Positions 34,482-47,786 of a stretch of DNA of 64,000 nucleotides are shown here, piece after piece (position 1 is the first letter of the stretch; each line of letters starts with the position of its first letter). The notes beneath the pieces are model-generated. The model searched no databases and was not told the DNA's origin. It saw only the letters and a list, made by a program, of their open reading frames with translations. The position numbers and the translations under genes are program-made. Source of the DNA: Daphnia carinata (Eukaryota); contig NC_081333.1 in NCBI RefSeq assembly GCF_022539665.2, forward strand, positions 558,001 to 622,000. The letters run 5' to 3'.

Positions 34482-34726
34482 AAGAAGGCATATAGATTGG
34501 ACTACCGCCGATATGGTGCGATATGACATTGTACCTTCTCGCAGCCGTACCTTCTCCCAAATGTCATTTACTTGCCACATTACGTAAATTCTCCTTATCT
34601 TTTTAGCTACTTTGATACCACACATTTTTTTTGTTTAAAGCGCAATTTCGGAATAGAAACTCGATTGTACTTTACATAGGCAATAAACTACTCCGTGGAC
34701 CATTTAAATAGATAAATAATGTGTGT

Positions 34727-37700
34727 TTATTTTTTTTCAAGTGAAAACATTCTCTTTATATGATGTTTGGCAACGCAAAACTTTTCACAGGCAAACAAAG
34801 AACCATGGAAGTTACAAGCGCAATGTCGAATCGACTCAAGGCGATTTTTAATTTTAATCATAACATCTCTGCTTTCGTTTTTAATTACGTAAACCGGTAG
34901 GGAATGGTCAAAGAAAGAATTAATTTGATCCCCTTTTTCTAGAAACTCATTGCAAATTCCTCTGCAATACAAATCAATGTACCTCTCCTCCCACTGAATA
35001 TGATTTTTTCTTACGAAATTAAATAAACAAGTTTTTATCGCATAGGACGAGGGTTTCGTTTTTCTAAATGTGCTGTTGTCATCAGTATGGGCAACGAGTA
35101 AAATTAATAACTTTAAAAGGCAATAACAGCGGGTGATTATCGGATCAAAATGACGAAAGGCATCCTTTTCAGCAATAGGGAAAGACGGTTTCCAGCCACT
35201 AATTTCGATGCCAGAGAGTTGTCGATGTGGCACCAAAAATTGGTCTATTTTCACGTCCGGTGACTTGTTTGAATACAAAGGTGATGGCAAAGGTTGCGCA
35301 ACGGCGTTGATTGCCGAGCGAATTACCGCGATTGTGATGTCGATACTTAATTTAAAAGAGGAGTTTTCGGTTCCTACAGGAGGCTTACCTCTGTACAGGC
35401 AATCTAGAGTAACGCATGTCTCTGAAAAGCTAAAAAGGTGGGGAAAAAATCTGTTTTAGTGTTAATGAAGTTTAGTCTAATGTTTAAGAATCGCAATTGG
35501 TTACCTTAAACTGCGGGAAAAAATGTGCATATCGTTCATCTGGTTCATAGCGTGCGCCATTAGCATGTAACTAATTATTTTAAAAAGAGAAAACGTTTTG
35601 TTAGGTATGAAATTTAGTTGGAAATTGCGCTCTAATATCATACAAATAATAAAGCAATTTGGCCGATGAAACACCACGGTCCGATTCAGTTTGAAATGCA
35701 ACCGATGATTCATTTCCTGCCTGCTCAACAATACCACGCGTTTCGGCTTCTTTGAAATGGTTCAACACTAGCATAAAATCAAATTCGTCTGGCGAAAGAA
35801 TTTTTGTGTTTTCTGCAGAGCTTAGCAAATTATTGCAAATGTTGGGGAAATCAGCATTGAAATAAAATTTAGAAACTGAGAAAAAATTTTTATCCATACC
35901 TTCCATACCGAACTATTTCACCTTCAAATCTATTGTCCAATACAGCTACTGTATCTAGTAGTTGACGCACGTACTAGAAATGGGTAACAACAAAAAAGAA
36001 ATTCAAAAAAAAAAAAACCATAGTGAAGTATAAACAAGAAGGCTACAGCGCAACTTTCACCATTAAAACCTTTCACAAAATGAAATCACAAGGCTTTGAT
36101 TGCAAATTAGTACAGTAGCTATATAGCCCTCATGAAATTTCACTAAGATTTTTGAAAAATATCACGATTCCTTACCTGTTCAGCAGCCTCGGAAACAGTG
36201 CACCATTGGCAATTATGTCCAGTGCAGGACTGGTGGGTGTGTTCACGTAAAAAATTTAGAAATATATTCATTTCCAAACTAGATTCATTTGTCCAGGCAT
36301 CCTTGATGATACTCCAAGCGTTTCCAGTAGGTAGTTGAATAACACTATAGTTGTTTTTGAAAAATGTATGCACCAATTGAATCTCAGGAATCACGTGTAA
36401 CAACAGAATGTGAAGTTCCGTACCTGTTTGTGTTGTTCGTTGCAATTTGCATCAGCAGCCATAAGGGTTAAAATTGTCAAAATTAACTCAACAACTTGTG
36501 TTTGCTTGTGTTTATTACGCATCTCGATTGGTGTTGGTAAACCCATAGTCGATTCGTCTAGGTATTGCGCCTTCTAAAGCATTCCTATTTATACCGCGTC
36601 GGGGTGAATGATGAGGGATTTTGCTATCCAGCTCGTCACGAAATCCCTTAGATAAAAAAGATTCCATCCGCCGGCAACAGAGGCATAGTGGAAAGGATTT
36701 AGAGAAAATCTTGTTTAAATGATCCACAACCTAGGATAACATTTAGAAAGAAATTAAAAAAACAAACAAATTCTATGTTGTGAAACTCGATTTTCTAATT
36801 AGTTCTGTTTTTGTACTTACATTTTGACCGAATGCATCAGTGATGCTTGTTTTTGTGTAAGGCAGAAGCAAACTAACAGTTTTTACACAACCTGTCGCGG
36901 TGTACAAACATCGTTTCAATAACTTGGAAGATATAGTATCATGGTAGTGATCAACACCATATCATCTATATCATAGCTTTTTTAAAAAATATACAAACCT
37001 AATTTGGCTGCGTAAACCATTGCCGTTGAACCATAATAATCAAGGCGATCAACCATAGATTGGCATTTGTCCAAAATTTTTTCCTAAAAACGATTGGCAT
37101 ACATGAGACATGGTTTGGTTAATGTCCAAATGGTATTGACAGATTTGAGATAATCGTACCATAACGCCATGTAAGTCCAAATCAATAGCATATTTACATA
37201 AAACATGCAGCAAGGTTTTGCCATTGGACGAGACTATGTCTACACGAGCCCCAGCATTGATAAACAGTTCAAAGATTGCGTTAAAGTCAACCGTTCGGCA
37301 GTATCGGCAAACTAAATGCAGTGCCTAAAAACAGGACAGTGAGTACAACGTGACAGTGTTCTCGTTATCCTACGATAAATTAACGGGAAAAGATCTGATA
37401 TTGAATAATTCTTACAGTGTCATTTTTATTGGTTTGAGTATTAATATGAATATTATGCCTTATCAAGGTCGACATCACTCCATAAAGCTTCTCTGCAAAA
37501 TTATACTTGCAAAGTTGATGAAGACAATTCCAGTTGTTTCTGGTAGTTGCATTGACGTTGATGTTACTACGCAATAAGGTATCGACTATGGAAGCTAACT
37601 GGGTCGTGCAGTTATATCTGCGTAAATCAAATTAAATGTTCGCATACAAAAGTGTTTCAAAAAAGATTCGGTCAACGAGTACCGACAAGCGAAGTGCAAA

Positions 37701-38480
37701 GCATTCCACCCAAAATCGTCCGTTAGATTTACGTCCGCGCCGTGGTCCAAGAGAATTCTTATTTTATCTAAAAACAAAATAAACTAAATGAATTTTGCCT
37801 CGTGTGCTATGCAGCTGTAATAATGCCTTATTACACAGGGTTTCTTCAGACGTTATCACCTTTGATAGCGTTTCAATTTTTTTTTGTACTTTATTTTTGG
37901 TTCGAAGGGAAAAAAGGCGTGTTCTACCAACGTAATTACACCAAGTTTCCAATTTTCACTACTTTGGCTATCAAATTTAAAAATGCTTTATGTAGTATGA
38001 TTATTAATGAATTACGTTATCTGTGGTGAAATTCAGAGCGGAAGAGTTTTTTTTAACTAGCATTTTTGTCAACAAATTTCACAGTCAGTCGGTAAATGAA
38101 GCGAAATATTAGAAGAAATCACACATATCATTGTACGTCTCATATCATATCAGAATCTTAACGTGAAGTACTGATGTCCGATTTAGTAAGTATAACACTA
38201 GGTTATTATTCAACCTGGTTTTATTATTCAAGTTAATGAACTTACCAGTAACATCATTTTTCTTGTATTTCCAGCATACAATCATTAGTGGTGTTCGGCC
38301 TCCAAAGGTTTTTCCGTTCACATCAGCTAGTTTTCAGTTAATTAAACTTCTTGCAAGCAATAAAAAAATAAAACGAATTAAATTTTAAGAACCTCCTTGG
38401 TCAACCAAATCTTGGATTCGCCTGGCACAAACAGTTTCTGAATTGGAGTTTTCCCAAAGGGAAATCAACAGGTCCTCCAT
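34727..38480 (-). CDS. Ankyrin-repeat + Mab-21/cGAS-like nucleotidyltransferase fusion (cGLR-like), multi-exon
   Basis: N-terminal ankyrin exons (GADVNGKTFGGRTPLMIVC; HGADVNLTDDFGWNALHFACRY; NWNCLHQLCKY; ALHLVCRY; NGKTLLHVLCKY). Spliced motif YGS|SAENTKILSPDEFDFMLVL across the 35821-35899 intron, then LSIDITIAV, W.PSF...E and SSYAIKTCLF typical of Mab-21 domains. Confidence 0.85.
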
Positions 38481-40037
38481 CTGCAACACGTAGATTCTGA
38501 AAACAATTTCACTGTACGTTATTCCATGAAATAATGGTTCACTTTCGCAAAAGCCGTGGTCGGATTACCTTTAAAAGCCTCCTACCGCTCTTTTTATTCG
38601 TTGAAAACTGTTTGCAAATAAGACACTTTCTAGGTTTACAGTTACAGCTTCCCAGCTTTCATCGAAAACTGACTAAAAACACGGACTTTGGCTGCTAAAG
38701 CTTTAAAATGGAGATAAATGATACCCGGTTAGATAACAGCTCACCTGGAATGGTATATAGAACAAAGGATGATTTGAACGTCAAGGAACTGAAGCTTATC
38801 GTAAACATGGTTAGTTTACGTTCAAATCACAAATGAACAGTTTGCTTAAACTAAATATGCCATGGTATTCTACTAAGTCATTTGCCGTCGGGCAAGTTCC
38901 CCACGGGTAGCAGTACTATTTTGCACAAAGCCTTTAAAATTTCGACTTTTCATTCCTAATGTTGTACAATTTCAATGCGCTTCCATTAGAACTTCAATGC
39001 ACATTCAGATTTCGATAATGTTACATGTTGAATGCCTACACACTTCATGCAAAACATGATTTTATAGACATGTCTTTTGAGATGATCATCCAAAGATGAT
39101 TTTTCAAGTTAATCGGATTGATATTGTGCGAGTTTAACAAGTTTATCTTTGAATTTGGATCAGTTTCCTGCTAGGAATTCTTTCAAAACTCTATTCCCTT
39201 GTGCTCATGGCCAACACGGATTGGCGCTACATTCAAGGGGGTATCGGCACAAATTTCGTATGCGTTTTTTTTATCATCGATGTTGTGCCAGGGAAATGGG
39301 TATTATCTTGTAGAGCAGATAACGATGCAGTGCCACGTCGAGTTTCTGTAAATAACGGGTGAACGATGAGCAATCCAGACGACTAACTCCAGATTCGGTC
39401 GCTTTTTTCATCACAGGAAATAGCGTTTTTGGGCTAAACTATGAAATAAAGAAGACAGCGAACTTACTTTTTAGGGCGTGGTTTCGTGCGTCGCCTGGCA
39501 ACGGACTCTTGTTTTATGGCCATGTTATTCATTCCAATTATTAATTCCAAGCGTAGTCGAAATCAGCGTTGAAGTTTGATTATGACCTTTGACCTATGAT
39601 GGGATGACTATTGACCTAACCGAGAAATAGGCTAGATGCAACAAGGCCGTTTTTTAAATGAACGTTATTGTCGTCCTAAATGACCCACATAAAACACCCA
39701 ATTCAAAGATGGTGATTTCTAAGGTACCTAATACGTAGTCAAAGTTTGAAGTTTATAACATTTGGCCGATAGTTAAAACTATGTCGCAACTACACAATAG
39801 AAAATTCTAAAAAATTTACTGCCTCCCGTCTGACTCTGTGATTGTACCGGTACAGTAGATGAGTTACATGATGAGACACTGCTAGCACACCAAGCAGACT
39901 AACTTTCCAAAGAGTTGCCAATAGTTTCATTACAGTGAGTTGCTGTCTGCTTGGCCATTGTGTTTTTGTCCTATCTTTGCCTCTTTTTATTACTAGGATA
40001 TTATTCAGGTAAAAAGTATCGATTTTCAAGAGCCGCT

Positions 40038-40910
40038 ATGAACAGTTTAATAAGGTAACGTTCAATATCCGTATCCCTGTTCTGTAAGACCTAAAATGAT
40101 TCTAATCAGTTTTCACCTCCGAAATCTATATAGAAAAATTTCAATGGCCATGCCACTAACGGAAAGCCTTATGTCGCAAAGGACAATTTGTACAAACATC
40201 CGCTTCCCGACTTTCCTACAAGTTTCTTCCCCGCTGCTGTAATTATTCAGATAGCTTTAGTACATAAAAAAATAGTTACCACCTTGCAGTTTATACGGGA
40301 GTTTTCACTTTTAGTGCAGAGCCTTTAAAAAAAAAGAAAAAAATGGATCCCCAAATTCTCAAAGCTAGAGAAGAACGAAGAAGAAAAAGGCTTGAAAAGT
40401 CCATTAAAAAACTTGAAAAAAACACTAAACAATTGAAACCTATAGAAGAAATTGAATGGCCTATTAGCCTACAAAAACAAAAATCGTAAGTAAATAATGT
40501 TGTAACAACAGTAATAATCAGTCAGTATACATTTTAATTTTTTTATTAGGTTACGTGAACGAACAGAAACTGTATCACAACCACAACAGGGGCAGGAGAT
40601 TCTGAAAGCTTGGCGCAGTTATAAATACCAGCAATCTTTGCAGGAAATGAAAATGATTGACCGGATTTCCTCTTCACAGATGCAAGCTCTAGAGCAGTTA
40701 AGGGCTATCTCCGAAGATCTTTACATTAAAGCAATACAGGTGAGAGTACCATTACATATTATGATTCATTTAATTCCATGTATTACCTCAATTCAGATGG
40801 ATGACTCATTGTTGCCTTTTACTGCTGTTGGACCTAGCAGCACACCTCCAATTGTTGGTTATGACATACTAGATGGAGAGTACATTGATGAAACACCTAA
40901 GTGGAAATAA
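40038..40910 (+). CDS. MRPL40: 39S mitochondrial ribosomal protein L40, multi-exon
   Basis: AEPLKKKKKMDPQ..KAREERRRKRLEKSIKKLEKNTKQLKPIEE and SQMQALEQLRAISEDLY..A...D..LLPF..GPS.TPPI.GY..DGEYIDETPKW*. Confidence 0.92.
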
Positions 40911-43900
40911 CATCAGCTGGTGATGAATCCCCTTAGTAACACTCTTTCCCATGTTATCCAATGGCATTAAGATCATTTTTTCTGTGAAATGGTGTCTTGA
41001 AATGAAATGGAAATTACCATTAGAATTCAATTTTGTATTTTGTTGTAGATTAACATTAATACATGGGAATTCCTTAGTATTTCTACATTCACGATTTACA
41101 GATTTAATTTCTAGTTTGTAGAAACTGTTGTCGGCGTGGGGCGAGGGAAATTTTTCAAATACTACTATTTAAAAAAATAAAGAATCATTGATTTAGTTTA
41201 TTCTTTTTTGTCGAATAATTTAGTATTATTCTATTCCTTATTTTGTTCGTTTGGAACTCGATTTTTTTCATGTTAAAAGTTCAGACTTCCAATCAATTTT
41301 AAACGCGATTTTGAATAATTCTTTGTTTTCTCTTTCTTCATTCGCTAGGCGTCAACGCCGGTTGGCTAAAACCCATGAGGCTCGGAGTCCCGCCCTAAAC
41401 AGTTAAGGCAACCCAGAAAACTAATTCCCCATCCGGGTAGATTGGGTCGGCTTTATTGGGTCAATTGGGCCCCGGTAGTACCTAAATGTTAAATTTCACC
41501 AAGTTGTTGCATTTCGGTCGAAATTTGATTCGGTAACTCAATATTTGTTATTTTCTTCAAAAACACGAATCAAATGCCCTTTTTTCGTTATTCTTTATTG
41601 CTATCCATCTCATTTTTTTTAAATCCTGTTTTCCTTATTCGATAGCAAACTGGTTAGCATCCTTCAAAAGTTATTGAAATGACGATAGAAAAAAAAGACG
41701 ATCAAAATTTAATTGGTTATTCGAGACGGCATCACAGCGAGAAAACCGCTCAAGCAGTATCTTTATCGAAATTGCACGAAAGTTGACATGCCGACAGTAG
41801 CTCAACTACCGATATGCAAGACTGCTTATATTTACAAACTTTTGACCTACAAGGATAGATATCTTTTCTCTAATTTACATCTGTAGACGTTTTGTAAAAC
41901 CTCGGACGGAGCTTGTTAATACATTAGCCAGCACGTACACGACGATTTTTTTTCTCCAGCTGTATTGCTCAACGAGCAAATTTCGAACTCTCAGGGCACG
42001 TAAGGGCAGTACGAGAGTTAGAATCATTTTGAACTGCAGAATAAAGCTTTGGGAAGAGTACAAACTGAAAGGTAACAAGTGGTTCACATGAATTTCCTAT
42101 ATAACTAAACATTGGGCGACAGCCATGTGCTTTCATTGTACTTTTATGGATGCTGGACTTTAGAAATCAACAGCACGTGTGTTGTTGACAAATATTCAAA
42201 GGTGTAACTGAACAGCAATACGTGGCGTGAGAATGAAAGTGGAACTTTTGCGCTCAATTTTTAGAAGGCAAATTTGATTTTGGTTGGCATCACGCTACAT
42301 CACTTCACGTTGCTCTGTTTTTCTACTGTAACTTGCATCATCCAAAGGAAGGGAGACGCCAGAAGGGTTCTTACCAAATTAAAGCATGACAAACATAATG
42401 ACGACAGCAATCTTCGCAATATCTATACGACTAATCAACGGCGATTTGGGGTCAAAATCTGCAAACCGCTGGAATCACCTTTCACATACATCTTCTATGC
42501 TAAAAATAACTAGCAAGGATTGTATTTCTTATGTATACATGTACTGTAGATATCGAACTGTAAGCTTTCCTTGTGGAGTAGGTTTGAATTTCCCGCTCAC
42601 GTATTCAGCATCCAACTTGCCGATTACTTGCTAAAGAAGTCTTAAGAAGCGATAGAAGGTCAAAATTCCATTTTCCGCACGTACTCATAAGAGATGGATA
42701 CATAGTTTTAGATAATGTTTGTTTCTTTCTGGTTTGCGTTGCCTGGTTACAGCCAAACGGATGCTGGTAAATGATAAATATGGTCAACGTTCTTCAAAAT
42801 GTAAATGAAAATTCATCTTAAGGTTAATCTGAGTACACAGATAACATAAAATATTCTTTGCATTAGATTTCCTGTATTGCTTTGGATACTAACGAAAGGA
42901 AGATGGACGTAACCTAAAAGATGATTGTAGGATAGATTATACCCTTTCGATATATATTCTTACGTGGAGATTTCAATAAAAATACCTTGAAGTGTTCTGC
43001 CAAAATGACAGGGAATTTGCATTCGTGCCTTTGTCTTCTAACGGTGCAAGATAAAGGACGAGCCCCGGAAAGTCCAATAGGACACTTCCAGAAAAATCTC
43101 ACGTTTCACGGTTGAATAACAACAGCTTTATACAGATGAATACTAACGGCAATTACTGTGGTTTATCGAATAGGGAACCTCCCCTGTGGCCTGATCAAAC
43201 CATGCCACAAACCCTACATGTTTTGTATAAACATACCGAGTTGAAGCCATGGAGGATCCTTAAAGTGTACCTTTACTTCAAGTGGTTAGCCCCTAAGCAT
43301 CTAAAAATCAATTGCTGTATCATTTAGTTCGATTGGACCTGTATGAATGTCACTACTTGTGCCACTTTTGTTATATTTCGTGAAAGATGATACGTTGCGT
43401 GTTGCGCTCACACAGTTTATCTTAAAAACTAAATGTCTGCGTTTTCCGCGCGTGAACTCCATGACTCTGGGAAGCATTATAAAAAAAGCCGAAAATCTTG
43501 TTAATTTTGAATAAAGCGCATTTTTCTATTAGCCATCAACTATAGCCTTCGGATTTTAAGCAAGTCCATAGTTCGTAAATTGCCGATAAAAAATCGTTTT
43601 TTGTGTTTGAAGTCATTAAGAGCAACATGAGCCTGCTGATTGATAAATTATGTTGATCCCGAGCAAAGGTCTCACTGAAGGTCTAACACACTGGCGTTGA
43701 ATGGAATGTAGAACCAAATGGGAAGTACAAAATCTAACCCAGTGATTGTGGAGAACGCGACGTGGCAACTAGAAACTGAAAAGAGATACTTTGCAGTACT
43801 GGGAAACTGATGATTGAGAAATAGTATTGTGCAAACAAAAAATAGCATCTCAGAAGCAAAATATTAAAAAACATTCTGTCGTTGCTAACTGGTTTTTCTT

Positions 43901-44289
43901 AATCAAGGTGAACACAGAACACGACAAGGTTAACAACGCCAATAAAACGTCATCACACGGACAAGTGGTATTACCCAAATCCGTTTCGAAATTCTGTTAG
44001 TCATTTCGGCACGCGCACACCACGTGCCCCATCGGTCGACCCCCTAGATCATCGCAACGTTCATCTTAAACGGCAAATAAGCAAATGCCTGGTTAGCAAC
44101 GACGTAACATTCAGTCGGTAACGTCACACTCTCAGCAGTTCGATTTAATAAGGCGAGCGCAATAGGAATCTGTGCGCTCACTCTTTTATCAGCTTTCAAG
44201 CTGACATCACGTCACATGCCAAGGCGTTCACTTTTTACATGAGACGGGGTTATACCTTTTAGCATCATAGGCGTACCGTTACACTTGTC

Positions 44290-46414
44290 ATGCATCAGAA
44301 GAACACGCATCCTTTCAAAAGTGCCGTCTGGCCTTTTTTCATCTCTGCGTTTTTCATTGTTTTTGTTAGCCGGTAGGTCACTCAAATCTGCTATATTGTA
44401 TATCGTGTTTTTAAGTTTAATATTCGTGGTGACTCGTTTTAAATCATTTTGTTTATTTGCGTATTTTTAGTGCCCATGGTGCTCCTCGGTGCACCGCTTG
44501 TGCCGACAAGAAGGACTGTTTGCCTCCCAAGAATTGCATTTATGGCGTAGTTAAAGACTATTGCGGCCGGGATATCTGTGCAAAAGTAAGGACAATTGAT
44601 TTCTTTTTTCGGAATGTTATGGGTGTCATTGAGTTTATATCTTTTGCACTTCGACTCCGGTTGCCTGTGTTAGATTTAAGGGCAGGTTATTTCTCCAAGT
44701 TATTAGATTGTAGATAGACAAACATGGCTCTGTACATGGGAAGTCCTTACAAAGGGATATACTCCCATCAAGAAATCCCAATGGAATTCGTTACGTTTGG
44801 TGACGTGACTTATCACTTGGTATAGTTAGTTCACTTAAATCATGCACGTATGCCACGTATTTGAAGACGTCGTACAGTATTTAAACAGGTGTGTGAAACG
44901 ATCGGGAAATTAAATATTTTTCTATTTACCGAGAAGGTGACGTTATATTTATTTTTTTGCATGTCTGAAAAGAGGGCACGCGACTAACTACCCTCATTTG
45001 ATTTTTAAAACCACAAGTATCATGTAGGTCACATAGTTGCAATACTGGAATTTTCCAGGAGAGTAGTGTACGTATTATAGCAAACAACTAACGAACACGA
45101 AGTTCGCATCCAATTTCGCAGATCCGCTGTAATGCTAAAGTGAGGGGGGTTCCCCACTCAAATTTGAATGAGACGAAACAAGAATCTCTTAACTGCTTTG
45201 CGTGCATTTTTCCCAGCATGTTAACCAAAACATTGCTCTACGTATTTTGTGAATATGAATGGAAAACTGTTTTTTTAACTTACTGTTCACCAACCGCTTG
45301 GCCAGTCTATCGTTTTATATCAAGGGTTAGTGATAGAGTAACTTAAAACCTCTTTTGACGCTCGTGTTTGTTTGGGTACCAGACAAAACTCAAGTTGCTG
45401 TAGAAACCAGACAACCGTCTACGAGCTCAAATTCTTCCATCAGACAAGGCTAGCAAAATTACCACAAAATATAGCCAAAAACAAGTCAAAGTGTTTGAAA
45501 AAATAAAAAAAAAATTAACAAAAGAGGCTGGACTAACATTTCTTATTTTATTCAAAATGTTTCAACGGCTATATTTAGACGCCTAACCAATTAGGGTAAT
45601 CAAAATGGGTTTGCTCATTTCGGTAACTGGCAATTTTGTTTGTCGTTATTTTAGGGACAAATTGCAATAGCATGAATGTACGATGTCTACTGTCTGGTAT
45701 TGGGTACTATAAAACAAACTTTGTGTGATTTAGAACGTTAGGCAGCTTCTTCTGCTGTATCGCGCTAGCGCTGTAGCGTACTGGCGCGCTAGTATTGCGA
45801 CAAATATTCGTTGTATTTCAAAAACGATTATCTTAATGAAAAAAATAGCAATTGTCCCGGAATCAGCATTCAATTTAGAGTATATGCTGTGACATTCAAC
45901 CGATTGCGATGAGTTTTAGTTTTTTCCGAAAAAAAATAATAAAGCCCGACTTTTATCAGTCGAGCTTATTTATTTGGGCTTATATTTTTTTTCGGCAAAA
46001 ACTAAAACTCACCGGAATTGGTTGAATATCACAGAATACACCCAAAATTGAATGCTGACTCAAGGAAAATTGCTATTTTTTTCATTAAGTTAATTGTTGT
46101 TGAAATATGACGAATATTTGACGCAATGCTAGCGCGCCAGTACACTACAGCGCTAGCGCGATGCAGCAGAAATATTTGGTTCATTGTATGTTGATCGGCT
46201 CTTTAAGGCTTATAGAACGCTAGGCAAAACGCCCTCCTTAATTCAATTTCACCTCCAATTAACTTTATATGTTTTGTTTCAGGGACCAGGTCATCGTTGT
46301 GGAGGAAAATGGAATAGTCTTGGGACGTGCGGAGAAGGACTTTTTTGTTCATGCAACAGGTGTGGAGGATGTTCCTTGATTACACTAGAATGCTTCAACC
46401 TAACATGCATTTAG
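44290..46414 (+). CDS. Neuroparsin precursor (3 exons: ~44290-44372, 44471-44585, 46283-46414)
   Basis: Hydrophobic signal peptide ending AHG, then APRCTAC..DC..NC.YGVVKDYCGRDICAKGPGHRCGGKWNSLGTCGEGLFCSCNRCGGCS...ECF..TCI with 14 Cys, the neuroparsin pattern. Confidence 0.9.
45750..46171. mobile_element. ~420 bp palindromic MITE-like element in neuroparsin intron 2
   Basis: Left half ttctgctgtatcgcgctagcgctgtagcgtactggcgcgctag... is the imperfect reverse complement of the right half ...ctagcgcgccagtacactacagcgctagcgcgatgcagcagaa along ~200 bp. Central AAGCCCGAC motif is shared with the 33.8-34.5 kb repeat. Confidence 0.8.
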
Positions 46415-47786
46415 CAATAAACCGCAAAAGCCAACCAAACCGTCAGCTACTCAGTTCCACCAAATATTACTCCGTCACCATTCTTGCAAACCGTCCTCGG
46501 ATACTGTTCGCCTAGTAACGAGACATGTGATATAATATTTTTTTATTTTATCCACATTCTGCATTATGCTTGTTCTCTATTCTATAAGTAATATTATATC
46601 AAATAAAAAATTCAATTTCTTACTTGTGTCCTGTTCAGTTTTTTTTTGTTTGTTTTTCTTCTTCGTTTTTTCTTTAACCAGCATAATGGATATTTGTTTC
46701 ATGGGCCACTTGAAACGGAGATGTGCATGTTAGACGTCGTGCTGTTGCAACTTATCATATCACATTTCATGATGTCACGTATATTTCACATATCATGATG
46801 TCACATATCCTGTCACATACATATGATTAACTATCAAATTAACTACGTAGCCAAGTGATTTCTACTTGGACGTAGCAAATAGTTAAATGCAATTAAAGAA
46901 AATCCAAATTGGCGGCAGTTGAAAAGAGTCGTCCAGATAAAATGGATAAAATAAAAACCTAGTTTTTGATTTTGCCACCGCATAACGTTTCCGATTGAGG
47001 CATACAGCTCAGACTTGAATTTTGACTTCTTAAAACCATTACACAACGGTGCTGCTTTTGTTATCAAAAAGGGGTTTTCCGATCGAATGAAAGATAAGCG
47101 TGATTTCGAATGAACCCAAACAGGTATTCCTTATTCTGATCTTTTTTGAATTTTTTTCTAATTTAAAATATGAAAAGAAAAAGTAAACATCCCGGGATCA
47201 ACCAATCACAACATGTCACGAGTATAATGGCCTCTTCCAACGAAAAAATTTTCCATAGAAATTCCCTGGCGATCGATATCTAATTTTGATTATCTTATAT
47301 CTTGATTTTTGTCTGGGAATTCCCAGTCAACGCAGGAAATCGGTAAAGCGTCCTTAGTTTGGTTTTCTGTTACCATCTTATGTGGGAAAAGCCCCTCAGT
47401 ACTGGTCGGAGGCTAGTGCCAAATACAAGCAGTGTACGCTAGCGACATAGTGGCTATACGGCGATACCTCAACGTCAAAAAATAGATATTTGGCGTGACG
47501 GGCCGCCACAGTAACATCCATAAAAACGCGCGCCAGAATATTCCGACTAGCCATACCATCACAACAGTGTGCAGAATCTTGCAGTTTTGCTCATTCGGTT
47601 TTGTTGTGTAACAGACGTAAATTAGGCAGAGAGGTAAGAACTAAAAAGAGCAATAAAAATTGCTAGCTCAGAAAAAATTAAGTTTTAAAAAATTCCCACA
47701 ACTATTTCCACTTTAGCAGAAAAAACCACATTACACCATCCCCAGACCGTGTTACTTAGCAAAGGAGCGAGTTTCTGACAACCAGA

